Shown here: positions 16,141 through 24,000 of the stretch, piece after piece
Layout: each line of letters starts with the position of its first letter
Position numbering within the stretch: the stretch's first letter is position 1
Assembly: GCA_963803385.1 (NCBI GenBank)
Contig: CAWDMD010000007.1
Coordinates: 346,770-370,769 of the forward strand
Length of the DNA: 24,000 nt
DNA from: an uncultured Alphaproteobacteria bacterium
GTDB lineage: Bacteria; Pseudomonadota; Alphaproteobacteria; Rhizobiales; Methyloligellaceae
Direction of reading: 5' to 3'
Position numbers and translations under genes: made by a program
Notes under the pieces: model-generated
What the model was told of the DNA's origin: nothing
Database searches by the model: none
The model's input: the letters and a program-made list of their open reading frames with translations, nothing else

Positions 16141-16926
16141 CTAATGCGCGACACCATCCAGAGCGTGCTCGCCCCAAATCTCGTTGATCAGCTCGTTGAG
16201 GCGAAGGCCGATCTGAAGGGCGAGGCCGAACAGCGCCAGCCCGGTCCAACCGAGCGCGACGAAGCCCCAGTGGAGAGGCGCGGTAAACCACTCCTCCATG
16301 AACCAGAAGGCATGGCCCCATTCATTCAGGCCAACGTTCGGAAGGATGAAGAACGGTCCGAACACTGCCAGCATGAAGGGAATGGAGACGCGCCTTGCGA
16401 ATTTCGGCAGACGCGTCGTGGCGTACATCAGGGCCGCCGATCCGCAAATGATGTAGATCGGGAAGCTGAGATAGAAGATGGCGATGTGGCTCGGCGTGAA
16501 GCTCGTATCGCGGAGCACGGTCTGATGCCACGAGCCGTCCTGCTCGGCGAAATAGCTCGCGCCCCAATAGACGGCGAACACATAGACGAGCAGCAATCCG
16601 AGAAGCTTGAAGTACCGGACGATCTCAACTTGAGGGGGCAGGTCTTCCAGGTCCCTGTCACGGGTGAACCACAGGTAGGAAAGCCAGCCGACGCCGATCA
16701 GCGGCAGCAGCACAAGCTGAGTCCAAAGCAATCTCATCCAGTAAATTTGAAATTCCGGCAGCGTGGAATTGAGGCCGTATTTCCATCCCGCGATGCCTTG
16801 ATAGACGCGAACTGCGGAGTACAGCACGAGCAGGAAGCCGCAGCCGATCGCGCCGATCTGTGCCCACGTTTTATTCATCGACGCCTGCGCGATACGCGCC
16901 GGGCGTTCATTCGCATAAGCAGTCAT
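16141..16926 (-). CDS. pmoC: copper membrane monooxygenase subunit C (PmoC/AmoC family), 261 aa
   Basis: AGGAGG Shine-Dalgarno lies 8 nt before ATG 16926; the ORF track's upstream extension to 17013 has no such signal. Metal-site motifs are EQDGSWHQ...FTPSH and NEWGHAFWFMEEWFTAPLHWG. Confidence 0.92.
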   Translation of the reverse strand: MTAYANERPARIAQASMNKTWAQIGAIGCGFLLVLYSAVRVYQGIAGWKYGLNSTLPEFQIYWMRLLWTQLVLLPLIGVGWLSYLWFTRDRDLEDLPPQVEIVRYFKLLGLLLVYVFAVYWGASYFAEQDGSWHQTVLRDTSFTPSHIAIFYLSFPIYIICGSAALMYATTRLPKFARRVSIPFMLAVFGPFFILPNVGLNEWGHAFWFMEEWFTAPLHWGFVALGWTGLALFGLALQIGLRLNELINEIWGEHALDGVAH

Positions 16927-17072
16927 ATGGTTTTCCTCCTTAGAATTGCCGACCGGAGACCCTGCCGGCCAACCGAACGTTCCCAAGGGGTGACCCCCTG
17001 GTCTCCTCCTCAAATCAATGGCCAGTCCGCCCTATTCGTCCCATTCTTCCCAGCGCGCACGAACCAAAGATA

Positions 17073-17101
17073 ATTGTACGAATTTACTCGTTATTGGTCA
17101 A
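17073..17101 (-). promoter_or_regulatory. predicted sigma70 promoter of the CuMMO operon
   Basis: On the minus strand: TTGACC (17101-17096), a 17-nt spacer, then TACAAT (17078-17073). It sits in a locally AT-rich stretch. The predicted 5' UTR to the pmoC ATG is about 140 nt. Confidence 0.55.
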
Positions 17102-17304
17102 TTCAACCCTTACCACTCATCAACATAGATGTAAATACATATCCATTCATGCGGCAGGTGACTTGAGCATGAGCCGCCTCACAGCCATGCCCCGAGTCAG
17201 CAACATCCTGGGATTCCAGCAGAAACGAACTTGGTCGAAGCGCGCCAGGCTCGGCACTACGCCTCGGCCTTCGGTCAGGCCGTCTCCGCGCCGTTATTTC
17301 GACA

Positions 17305-18663
17305 TCAGGCTGCGGCGCTCGCCTCATCGTCGCTCTCTTTCCGCGCCAGTTCGCCAATGACCTGCGCCGGGGCGAATACCGGCGAATAAGGGGGGGCATA
17401 GGCGAGATCGAGATCCGCGAGGTCTTCTGCGGCGAGCTTGCCCCAAATCGCGGTGGCGACCGTATCGATATATTTGTCGACCTGATCCGCGCCCACGGCC
17501 TCGGCGCCGAGCAGTCGTCCGCTCGGCCCGTCGACAACAAGCATGACCTCGATCGATCGCGATTGTGGCATGTACCGCGCCCGGCTCGGCACCTTGGCGT
17601 GAACCGCGATAGGGTCGAAGCCGCAGTCACGCGCCTGATCCCGCGTCAAGCCGGTGCGCGCCACGGCAAGATTGAAGACCTTGAAGATGGCGGTGCCGAG
17701 AATGCCTGGGAACGTCGCCCGGCCCCCGGCGAGGTTGATGCCGGCGACCCGCCCCTGACGGTTGGCAATGTCGCCAAGCGGGCACCAGATCATTTTCTGC
17801 GAGACGATGTGACGGGCCTCGGCACAATCGCCGGCGGCGTAGGCGCCCGGCACGCTGGTGCGCATCTCGGCGTTGACGGCAATGGCGCCAGTCACGCCGA
17901 CCTTGATGCCGGCGGCCGTGGCAAGCTCCACGCGCGGGCGCACGCCGACCGCCATCAACACCAAATCGGCATCGACCCGGCGGCCGTCGCCGAGCTCGAC
18001 GCCGCCCTTGACGATCTGCGCCGCCGAGACCCCGCAAACGATCTGGACGGCGTGCTTCGCCAGCTCATGCCGCGCCGCCTCGCCGATCCGCGGATCGAAA
18101 CCCGGCAGTAGCCGCGGCATCCCCTCGACCAGGGTGACGGCCATGCCCCTGAGCCAAGCGGCTTCAGCCATCTCGAGGCCGATATAGCCACCGCCGACGA
18201 TGACTACCCGGCCACTGTGGCGAAGCATGCCCGCGAGCCGATCGGCATCGCCGATCGACCGCAGCGGCACGACCGGCGGCGCGCCCCCCGCCACCGGAAT
18301 CTGAGGCAGAATCGCCTGCGCTCCGGTGGCAAACAGGATTTCGTCGAAGGACTCCTTGGTGGCCCTGCCCTTCTCGAGGGATTTCACCCGGACACGGCGC
18401 GCGCCGAGATCGACCTCCTCAACTCTTTGCCTGACGCGGAGATCGATGCCGTCGGCACGAAAGCGCTCGACGCTGCGGGCGATGAGGGCGCCGCGCGAGA
18501 GGCCTCCGGGATCGCCGAGCCAGTAGGGAAGACCGCAGGCCGAATAGGACACCTCGGGCTCGTCCTGGAGGACGACGATGTCGAGGTCCGGCCGCCGGCG
18601 CTTGGCGGTCGCGGCCGCCTTCATCCCCGCGGCGACACCTCCTACGATCAAGACCCGGCTCAT
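17305..18663 (-). CDS. FAD-dependent pyridine nucleotide-disulfide oxidoreductase, CoA-disulfide reductase / NADH oxidase family
   Basis: 452 aa. The FAD motif is VLIVGGVAAGMKAA. The single redox-Cys motif is SYSACGLPYW, as in CoADR/Nox. The NAD(P) motif is VVIVGGGYIGLEMAEA. Confidence 0.85.
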   Translation of the reverse strand: MSRVLIVGGVAAGMKAAATAKRRRPDLDIVVLQDEPEVSYSACGLPYWLGDPGGLSRGALIARSVERFRADGIDLRVRQRVEEVDLGARRVRVKSLEKGRATKESFDEILFATGAQAILPQIPVAGGAPPVVPLRSIGDADRLAGMLRHSGRVVIVGGGYIGLEMAEAAWLRGMAVTLVEGMPRLLPGFDPRIGEAARHELAKHAVQIVCGVSAAQIVKGGVELGDGRRVDADLVLMAVGVRPRVELATAAGIKVGVTGAIAVNAEMRTSVPGAYAAGDCAEARHIVSQKMIWCPLGDIANRQGRVAGINLAGGRATFPGILGTAIFKVFNLAVARTGLTRDQARDCGFDPIAVHAKVPSRARYMPQSRSIEVMLVVDGPSGRLLGAEAVGADQVDKYIDTVATAIWGKLAAEDLADLDLAYAPPYSPVFAPAQVIGELARKESDDEASAAA

Positions 18664-18672
18664 GTGGCTCGC

Positions 18673-20112
18673 TCAGGCGTTGCCGTATTTCACCCAATGC
18701 GCCGCGAAGATCGCCTCGGGCGTGATGGCCCTCGGCTGCAGCGGCCGCGACACCCAAGTCAGATTGACGAAATTGCGGGCGCTGACGTTCTCCGTGGTGA
18801 TGTTGCCGCCCCAACTGCCGCAAGCGAGCGACAGCGTGTAAGGCATGCCGTTGCGCGGACTCCCCGCCCCTTCGTTGAGGTTCTGGTTGACCATGACCCT
18901 CGCGGTCTTGGTGCCCATGGCCAGCGTCTCGACATTGGCGTCGCTCGTGGTGTGGATACCGCAGGTATGGCCGAGGCCCTGATAGCCGGTGATGCGGTTG
19001 ACCAGATCGACGGCGGCGTCGATGCCGCCGGAATAGCGATAGAGCGCCAGCACCACCGAGAGCTTCTCGCCGGAGAAGGGATGGTCATGGCCGACGCCGT
19101 CCTCTTCCACGATCAGGAAGGTGCGATCGTCGGGAAGGTCGAAGCCGGCCAGCTCGGCGATGCGGGCAGCGGGCTTGGCGACGACATCGATGGTCGGGAT
19201 ATGACCACCGTCGGGCCACATCGCCCGCGCGAGCTGCTGCTTCTGTTCCGGGGTGCATAGATAGCCGCCGGCGTCGATCAGCTTTCGTAAGAGCGCCGCG
19301 TAGATATCCGCCGCCGCGACCACGGAATTGTCGGCGAGGCAGCTCGTGGCGTAGTCGAAGGTCTTGGCCCTGGCGATCATCAGCGCGGCGTCGTCGAGGT
19401 CGGCGGTTTCGTCGACGACGTGGACGGAATTGCCGACGCCGACGCCATAGGCCGGCGTTCCCGAGCTGTACGCCGCCTTGACCATGCCTGCGCCCCCCGT
19501 CGCCACCACCAGGTCGGCGAGGCGCATCAAGGCCTCGGTCTTGGCGAGCGACGGCTGGGTGATGACCTGGATCAGGTCCTCCGGGGCGCCGACCTCACGG
19601 CAGCCTTCGCGCATGGCCTCGACCACGGCGATCGACGTCAGCTTGGTCCGGGGATGCGGAGAGACGATGATGGCGTTGCGGGCTTTGAGGGCGGCGAGGG
19701 CCTTCACCGGCGGTGTCGCATCGGGTCCGGTGGTCGGGATCAGCGCCGCGACCACGCCGACCGGCTTCGCGATCTTGACCAGCCCCTTCTCGGGAATTTC
19801 CTCCACGACCCCGCAGGTCTTGATGCCGGCCATATCGGCGAGCGTGCCCATGACGCGGTTTTCGAACTTCGCCACCTTGTCCTGATAGCGGCCGAAGCCG
19901 CCCTCATCGACGGCGAGGCGCGCCAAGGCCTCGCGGTTTTTGAACACATGCCAGCCGACGGCCGTCACCAAGGCATCAGCCTCCGCCTGGCTATAGCCTT
20001 CGATCGCCCGCTGCGCGGCGCGCGCCCGCGCGACCATGGCCCCGATCTCGGCCTCGGCTTGCTCCGGCGTTTGTTTCGGCTTCTTGGCGATGTCGGCAAC
20101 AATTGTCGTCAT
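18673..20112 (-). CDS. CoA-acylating aldehyde dehydrogenase (AdhE-N/EutE/SucD/SauS-like)
   Basis: Start ATG 20112 gives MTTIVADIAKKPK; the longer ORF to 20274 overlaps the upstream gene. Family-typical stretches include LAVDEGGFGRYQDKVAKFENR, ATGGAGMVKAAYSSGTPAYGVGVGN and a Cys loop FDYATSCLADNS. Length is 479 aa. Confidence 0.8.
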   Translation of the reverse strand: MTTIVADIAKKPKQTPEQAEAEIGAMVARARAAQRAIEGYSQAEADALVTAVGWHVFKNREALARLAVDEGGFGRYQDKVAKFENRVMGTLADMAGIKTCGVVEEIPEKGLVKIAKPVGVVAALIPTTGPDATPPVKALAALKARNAIIVSPHPRTKLTSIAVVEAMREGCREVGAPEDLIQVITQPSLAKTEALMRLADLVVATGGAGMVKAAYSSGTPAYGVGVGNSVHVVDETADLDDAALMIARAKTFDYATSCLADNSVVAAADIYAALLRKLIDAGGYLCTPEQKQQLARAMWPDGGHIPTIDVVAKPAARIAELAGFDLPDDRTFLIVEEDGVGHDHPFSGEKLSVVLALYRYSGGIDAAVDLVNRITGYQGLGHTCGIHTTSDANVETLAMGTKTARVMVNQNLNEGAGSPRNGMPYTLSLACGSWGGNITTENVSARNFVNLTWVSRPLQPRAITPEAIFAAHWVKYGNA

Positions 20113-20132
20113 GACGGATAATCCCTTCAGGT

Positions 20133-22232
20133 TCAGTGCTTGGCATTGGAGGGGGCTACGGCCGACGGCGCGCTCGAGGCCCGCATGCGGGCATCGACCA
20201 CGACGAAGCCGTCGGGAGTGGCGATGACTGGGTTGAGGTCGAGTTCTTCCAGCCAGGGAACACCGGCAACCCACTTCGAGAATGCGGCGATCAGGTTGGC
20301 GAAGGCCGAGAGGTCGATGCCGGCCTGGCCGCGGGCGCCGGTCAAGAGGGCACGGCCCTTCAATTCATCGAGCATGCGAAGCGCCTCGGTTTCATCCACG
20401 GGAGCGAGGCGCAAGGCGACGTCACCAAGGGCCTCGACCCAGATGCCGCCCAGACCGGCCATGACCACGGGTCCGAAATTGGCGTCATGGCGGGCTCCGA
20501 GCACGAGTTCGATCCCAGGCGCCACTTGCCGCTGCAACAGTGCCGTCGCCGAGCCGAGACGGGTAGAGACGTCGTCATAGGCCGCGGCGACGGCCGCATG
20601 GGTGGCGAGCCCGAGGCGCACACCACCACGCTCCGATTTGTGGGTAAGTCCCGGTTGCTCTGCCTTGAGCACCACAGGCATTCCGAGATCGTCGGCGGCG
20701 GCGACCGCCTCTCGGCGTGAATGAACCAGCCGCCACGATGTGACCGGCAGGCCGGCTTCGGCCAGAAGCTCGAATGCGAGCGTCGACGGCAGCCAGCCAT
20801 TGGCCATCGCGCGCGGCGCCGGGGCGACCGGAGGGCTGAGCGCAATGTCGCTTGCGGCGCGGTTGCTCGCTGTCAATGCCAACAGCTCCGCCGTGCGCGC
20901 GGGCCAGGGATGACAGGGGATGCCGGCGGCAAGCAACCGCTTCCGGTTCGCCGCCGCCTCCTCGGGCGCGACCCAACAGACATGGACCGGCTTGCTCGCG
21001 CCATCGGCCCTTGCCGCGCTCACTTCGGCGATGACCCGGTCGGTGACCTCGCTCATCAGGGCCGACCGCTGGAGCAGGACCAGGACGACAGCATCGATCT
21101 CGTCGCTGGCGAGGAGGCTTACGAGCGTCGCGCCATACATCTCGGCAAAGCGCGGCCAGTCGGTGGTGACGTCGATTGGGTTGGCGGCAGACCCATGGCG
21201 CGGAAGCGTTGCCGCGATGTCCGATTGCTGCGCCTCGGAAAGTCTTGGGACTTCGAGCCCGTGGGAGTCCAGCAGGTCGGCGAGCTCGACGCCGGTGCCT
21301 CCGGAATTGGTGACGATGGCAACGCGGCGGCCTCTTAGCGGCGGCTGGCGGTCGAGAGTGGCCGCAAGATCGAGCAACGTCAGCCCGTCATCGACGACAT
21401 GGACTCCGGCCTGGCGAAGCGCCGCCAGAGTGACGGCGGTGTCGGTGGCCAAGGCCGCGGTGTGACTTGCGGCGGCACGGCGCCCGGCGACACTGCGCCC
21501 CGTCTTCAGGACCACGATCGGCTTTTCGCCCGCGATCTCGCGCGCGGCGTCAAAGAAGCCGCGGCCGTCGCCGATCAATTCGAGCAGCATGGCGATCACC
21601 CTGGTCTCGGGGTCGCCGGCGAAGGCGCGCAAGAGATCGGTCTCGTCGAGATCGGCCTTGTTGCCGCAGGCGACGACCCTGGAGAAGCCAATCAGCTCCT
21701 CCTGCGAGCGCGAGAAGGCCGCCATGCCGTAGGCGCCGCTCTGGGTGAAGAGGGCGATGCCGCCACGGGCCGGGAGCCCCAAGCCGAGCGAGGCGTTGAG
21801 ACCGGCGCTGGTGCTGACCACACCGAAGCAATTCGGACCGATCAACCGGACGCCGCCGGCCCGCGCCGCAGCGAGCGCGCGCCGTTGTAACGCCAAACCG
21901 GCTTGGCTGGTCTCGGCGAAGCCGCCGCTGATGATCACCGCGACCGGCACGTGCGCAGTGGCACAATCCTCGATGATCCCCGGAACCTCGCCCGGGGGCG
22001 CCGCCACGATGGCGAGGTCGACACCCCCGGGCACGCCGGAGAGGCTCGCATAGGCAGGTCGGCCGAGCACCTCTCCTCGCTTCGGATGAACCGCAACCAC
22101 CTCGCCTTGAAACGCCGCATCGGTCGCGATCAGATTTTGCATGACGAGATGCCCAAGCTTGCCGGGCGTCGCCGACGCGCCAACGAGCGCCACACGTCGT
22201 GGCGCGAACAAGGCTTGCGGCCAGGCGGTCAT
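20133..22232 (-). CDS. ADP-forming (NDP-forming) acyl-CoA synthetase, fused alpha/beta domains
   Basis: 699 aa. The CoA-binding N-terminus is PRRVALVGASATPGKLGHLVMQNL. It also has GPNCFGV, FTQSGAYG and the phosphohistidine loop AASHTAALA. The C-terminal half is ATP-grasp-like. The start overlaps the upstream stop (ATGA 22229-22232). Confidence 0.85.
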   Translation of the reverse strand: MTAWPQALFAPRRVALVGASATPGKLGHLVMQNLIATDAAFQGEVVAVHPKRGEVLGRPAYASLSGVPGGVDLAIVAAPPGEVPGIIEDCATAHVPVAVIISGGFAETSQAGLALQRRALAAARAGGVRLIGPNCFGVVSTSAGLNASLGLGLPARGGIALFTQSGAYGMAAFSRSQEELIGFSRVVACGNKADLDETDLLRAFAGDPETRVIAMLLELIGDGRGFFDAAREIAGEKPIVVLKTGRSVAGRRAAASHTAALATDTAVTLAALRQAGVHVVDDGLTLLDLAATLDRQPPLRGRRVAIVTNSGGTGVELADLLDSHGLEVPRLSEAQQSDIAATLPRHGSAANPIDVTTDWPRFAEMYGATLVSLLASDEIDAVVLVLLQRSALMSEVTDRVIAEVSAARADGASKPVHVCWVAPEEAAANRKRLLAAGIPCHPWPARTAELLALTASNRAASDIALSPPVAPAPRAMANGWLPSTLAFELLAEAGLPVTSWRLVHSRREAVAAADDLGMPVVLKAEQPGLTHKSERGGVRLGLATHAAVAAAYDDVSTRLGSATALLQRQVAPGIELVLGARHDANFGPVVMAGLGGIWVEALGDVALRLAPVDETEALRMLDELKGRALLTGARGQAGIDLSAFANLIAAFSKWVAGVPWLEELDLNPVIATPDGFVVVDARMRASSAPSAVAPSNAKH

Positions 22233-23239
22233 GTGTCGCCCCCGCGTTGCACGAAGACGCTCGGCAAGCCGCCGCTATGGATGAAGACCACGGTATCGCA
22301 GTCCGTGAAGCGGCCGGCGGCGAGGAGCGCGTGGTAGCCGGCGAGCGCCTTCGCGGTATAGGTCGGATCGAGCACGAGCCCTTCGCAGCGCGCGGCGAGC
22401 GCGAGCGCCGCGTCGCCTGCCGGCGACGGAATGCCGTAGCCGGCGCCGATGAAGCCGTCATGGACGATCAGTTCGTCGTCATCGATTTGAAACTGGGAGC
22501 CCAAGCGTTCGGCGGCCGCGGCGGCGAGGAGATGGATCCGCGCGCGCACCTCGACGGCCGGACGGCTGACGGCGATCCCCTCCACACGCCAGGAAGCGCC
22601 ATAGAGCCGGGAGCCCAACAGCCAGCCGGCCAAGGTTGTGCCCGATCCTGCCGCCATCACCACGCAATCCGGCGCGACGCCGTTCTGCCGGCATTGCGCC
22701 ACCGTCTCTGCGACGGCGCGAACGTGCCCAATCACGCCCAGGGGGCAGGCGCCACCCCGCGGGATCAGATAAGGATGGCCGCCGGCGGCGCGGATGCGCG
22801 CGCCCTCCTGCTCTAGTGCGAGGTCGACCGAGCTGCGCTCGGCATCGTTGGTGAAGCGGATCTCGGCGCCAAGCAGCGCGGTGAGATAATGATTGCCCTC
22901 GAGCCGGCGCGGCGGGCTGCCCCAATAGACCGCGACCATGCCGAGCCCGGTATGGGCCGCCGCGGCCGCCGTCGCCCGAACGTGGTTGGAGAGCGGCCCC
23001 GCGCCGGTGACCAGCGTGTCGGCGCCCTCCTCGATGGCGTCGGCGAGGATCAATTCGAGACCCCGCACCTTGTTGCCGCCGAGGCCGAAGGGGATCAGGT
23101 CGTCGCGCTTGATCCACAGCTCAGGGCCGCCAAGCGCTTCCCTCAGAGCGGGCGCCGGCAACAGCGGCGTCGGCGCCGGATTAAGCGGAAACCGCGCCGG
23201 CTCCTCGGTTCGCGGCTGCCAATCGAGCTGTCCGCGCAT
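22229..23239 (-). CDS. PLP-dependent enzyme of the ACC deaminase / D-cysteine desulfhydrase family
   Basis: GAGGAG Shine-Dalgarno precedes ATG 23239, which lies 2 nt after the upstream stop. The PLP-lysine motif is GLGGNKVRGLELIL. It also has GAGPLSNHV and AAGSGTT loops. Length is 336 aa. Confidence 0.85.
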   Translation of the reverse strand: MRGQLDWQPRTEEPARFPLNPAPTPLLPAPALREALGGPELWIKRDDLIPFGLGGNKVRGLELILADAIEEGADTLVTGAGPLSNHVRATAAAAAHTGLGMVAVYWGSPPRRLEGNHYLTALLGAEIRFTNDAERSSVDLALEQEGARIRAAGGHPYLIPRGGACPLGVIGHVRAVAETVAQCRQNGVAPDCVVMAAGSGTTLAGWLLGSRLYGASWRVEGIAVSRPAVEVRARIHLLAAAAAERLGSQFQIDDDELIVHDGFIGAGYGIPSPAGDAALALAARCEGLVLDPTYTAKALAGYHALLAAGRFTDCDTVVFIHSGGLPSVFVQRGGDT

Positions 23240-23241
23240 GG

Positions 23242-24000
23242 TCACTCCTCGCTTGCCAACACACGGTCGACAAGCAATTGGCACTGGCCGGTTTGCCGCG
23301 ACGGATCGAGCAGATCGCCGATCTCCTGCGGCGACAGGCGCGCGGCGATATCGGCATTCACCCTGATCGCCTGGCCGAACGGCTCCCCGCGCGCGGCCGC
23401 TTCTTGAGCGGCGCGATGCACGATCTGATGCGCGGACTGCTTACCGAGCTTCCGTGCGAGCGCGAGCATGACCGCCTCCGAACAGACGCGGCCTTCGCTC
23501 GCTTCGACATTGCGGCGCATCCGCTCCACGTCGACGTCGAGATTCTCCAGCAAGGTGGCGAGCAGATTGAGCGCCTTGCCCGCGGCCATGGTGAGCTCCG
23601 GCACGGCGTGCCACTCGACCTTCCAGGAGCGGCCGTCGCGCTCGTGATCGTGAGGCAGGCTCTCGGCGAGTGCCGCGGCATTGGCACGGACCACGCGAGA
23701 GAGCGTGCCGAGATGCTCGGAGATCTCCGGGTTGCGCTTGTGCGGCATGGTGATGCTGCCGACCTGCGCGTTGCTCGAAGCCTTCGCCAAGCTCGCCGAT
23801 CTCGTCGCGCTGGAGCGAGTAGACCTCGTGACCAATGCGGTCGGCGGTGCCCGTGGCCAGCACCAGGAGCTGCGCCCATTCGACGATCACGTCGCGGCTC
23901 GCGGTCCAGGACATGGCGGGTGGCGCGCAGCCCGATCCTGGCGCAGAACGCCTCTTGCAGCTCAAGACCGCGGGACCCGAGCGAAGACAGGCTGCCCACC
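23242..24000 (-). pseudogene. fumarate-lyase superfamily enzyme (adenylosuccinate lyase / 3-carboxymuconate cycloisomerase-like), 5' end outside the window, two frameshifts inside the window
   Basis: The C-terminal frame carries the signature VGSITMPHKRNPE and runs to TGA 23242-23244. Upstream the family-like peptide continues in a second frame as PPAMSWTASRDVIVEWAQLLVLATGTADRIGHEVYSLQRDEIGELGEGFEQ. Further upstream it continues in a third frame as GSLSSLGSRGLELQEAFCARIGLRA. The junctions lie near 23769-23773 and 23920-23927. Confidence 0.7.

Noticed and set aside
16066-17073. 335-aa plus-strand ORF antisense to pmoC; other long antisense or out-of-frame ORFs include 588-1238, 1318-1983, 1990-3120, 3492-4178, 4220-4921, 4855-5646, 14049-14696, 18217-19260 and 21550-22461
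   Set aside because: All overlap strongly supported genes on the other strand or in another frame. They translate to Arg/Pro/Gly-rich sequence, as expected from stop-codon depletion at high GC.

Overview
GC-rich segment with strong GC3 bias and alphaproteobacterium-like gene content (taxonomy is inferred only). No rRNA, tRNA, CRISPR, transposase or integrase was found. Plus-strand genes, left to right: the 3' end of an NAD-aldehyde dehydrogenase, a multiply frameshifted DUF779 gene, serA-serC ending in a textbook intrinsic terminator, and a SerB-like HAD phosphatase. A DJ-1/PfpI gene follows on the minus strand. Next comes a copper-handling block (DUF2946, putative beta-barrel OMP, copC, copD; both cop genes are disrupted), then an MBL hydrolase with a SoxYZ-like carrier, an orphan secreted protein and a TetR gene. 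Minus-strand right half: an HTH+MEDS (DcmR-like) regulator and a complete copper membrane monooxygenase (CuMMO) operon in C-A-B order with a PmoD-like gene behind a sigma70-like promoter. Directly upstream lies a packed five-gene operon: fumarate-lyase family, ACC-deaminase-fold PLP enzyme, ADP-forming acyl-CoA synthetase, acylating aldehyde dehydrogenase, CoADR-family flavoprotein. Main points of interest: (1) the CuMMO has every copper ligand but mixes PmoA-like and AmoA-like signatures, so it may be a deep-branching enzyme of unknown substrate; (2) an identical 20-bp operator-like box sits in two apparently leaderless promoters, linking the TetR gene to the MBL/SoxYZ genes; (3) at least 13 reading-frame disruptions are concentrated in six genes while about 15 kb of neighbouring genes are intact, which needs read-level verification.
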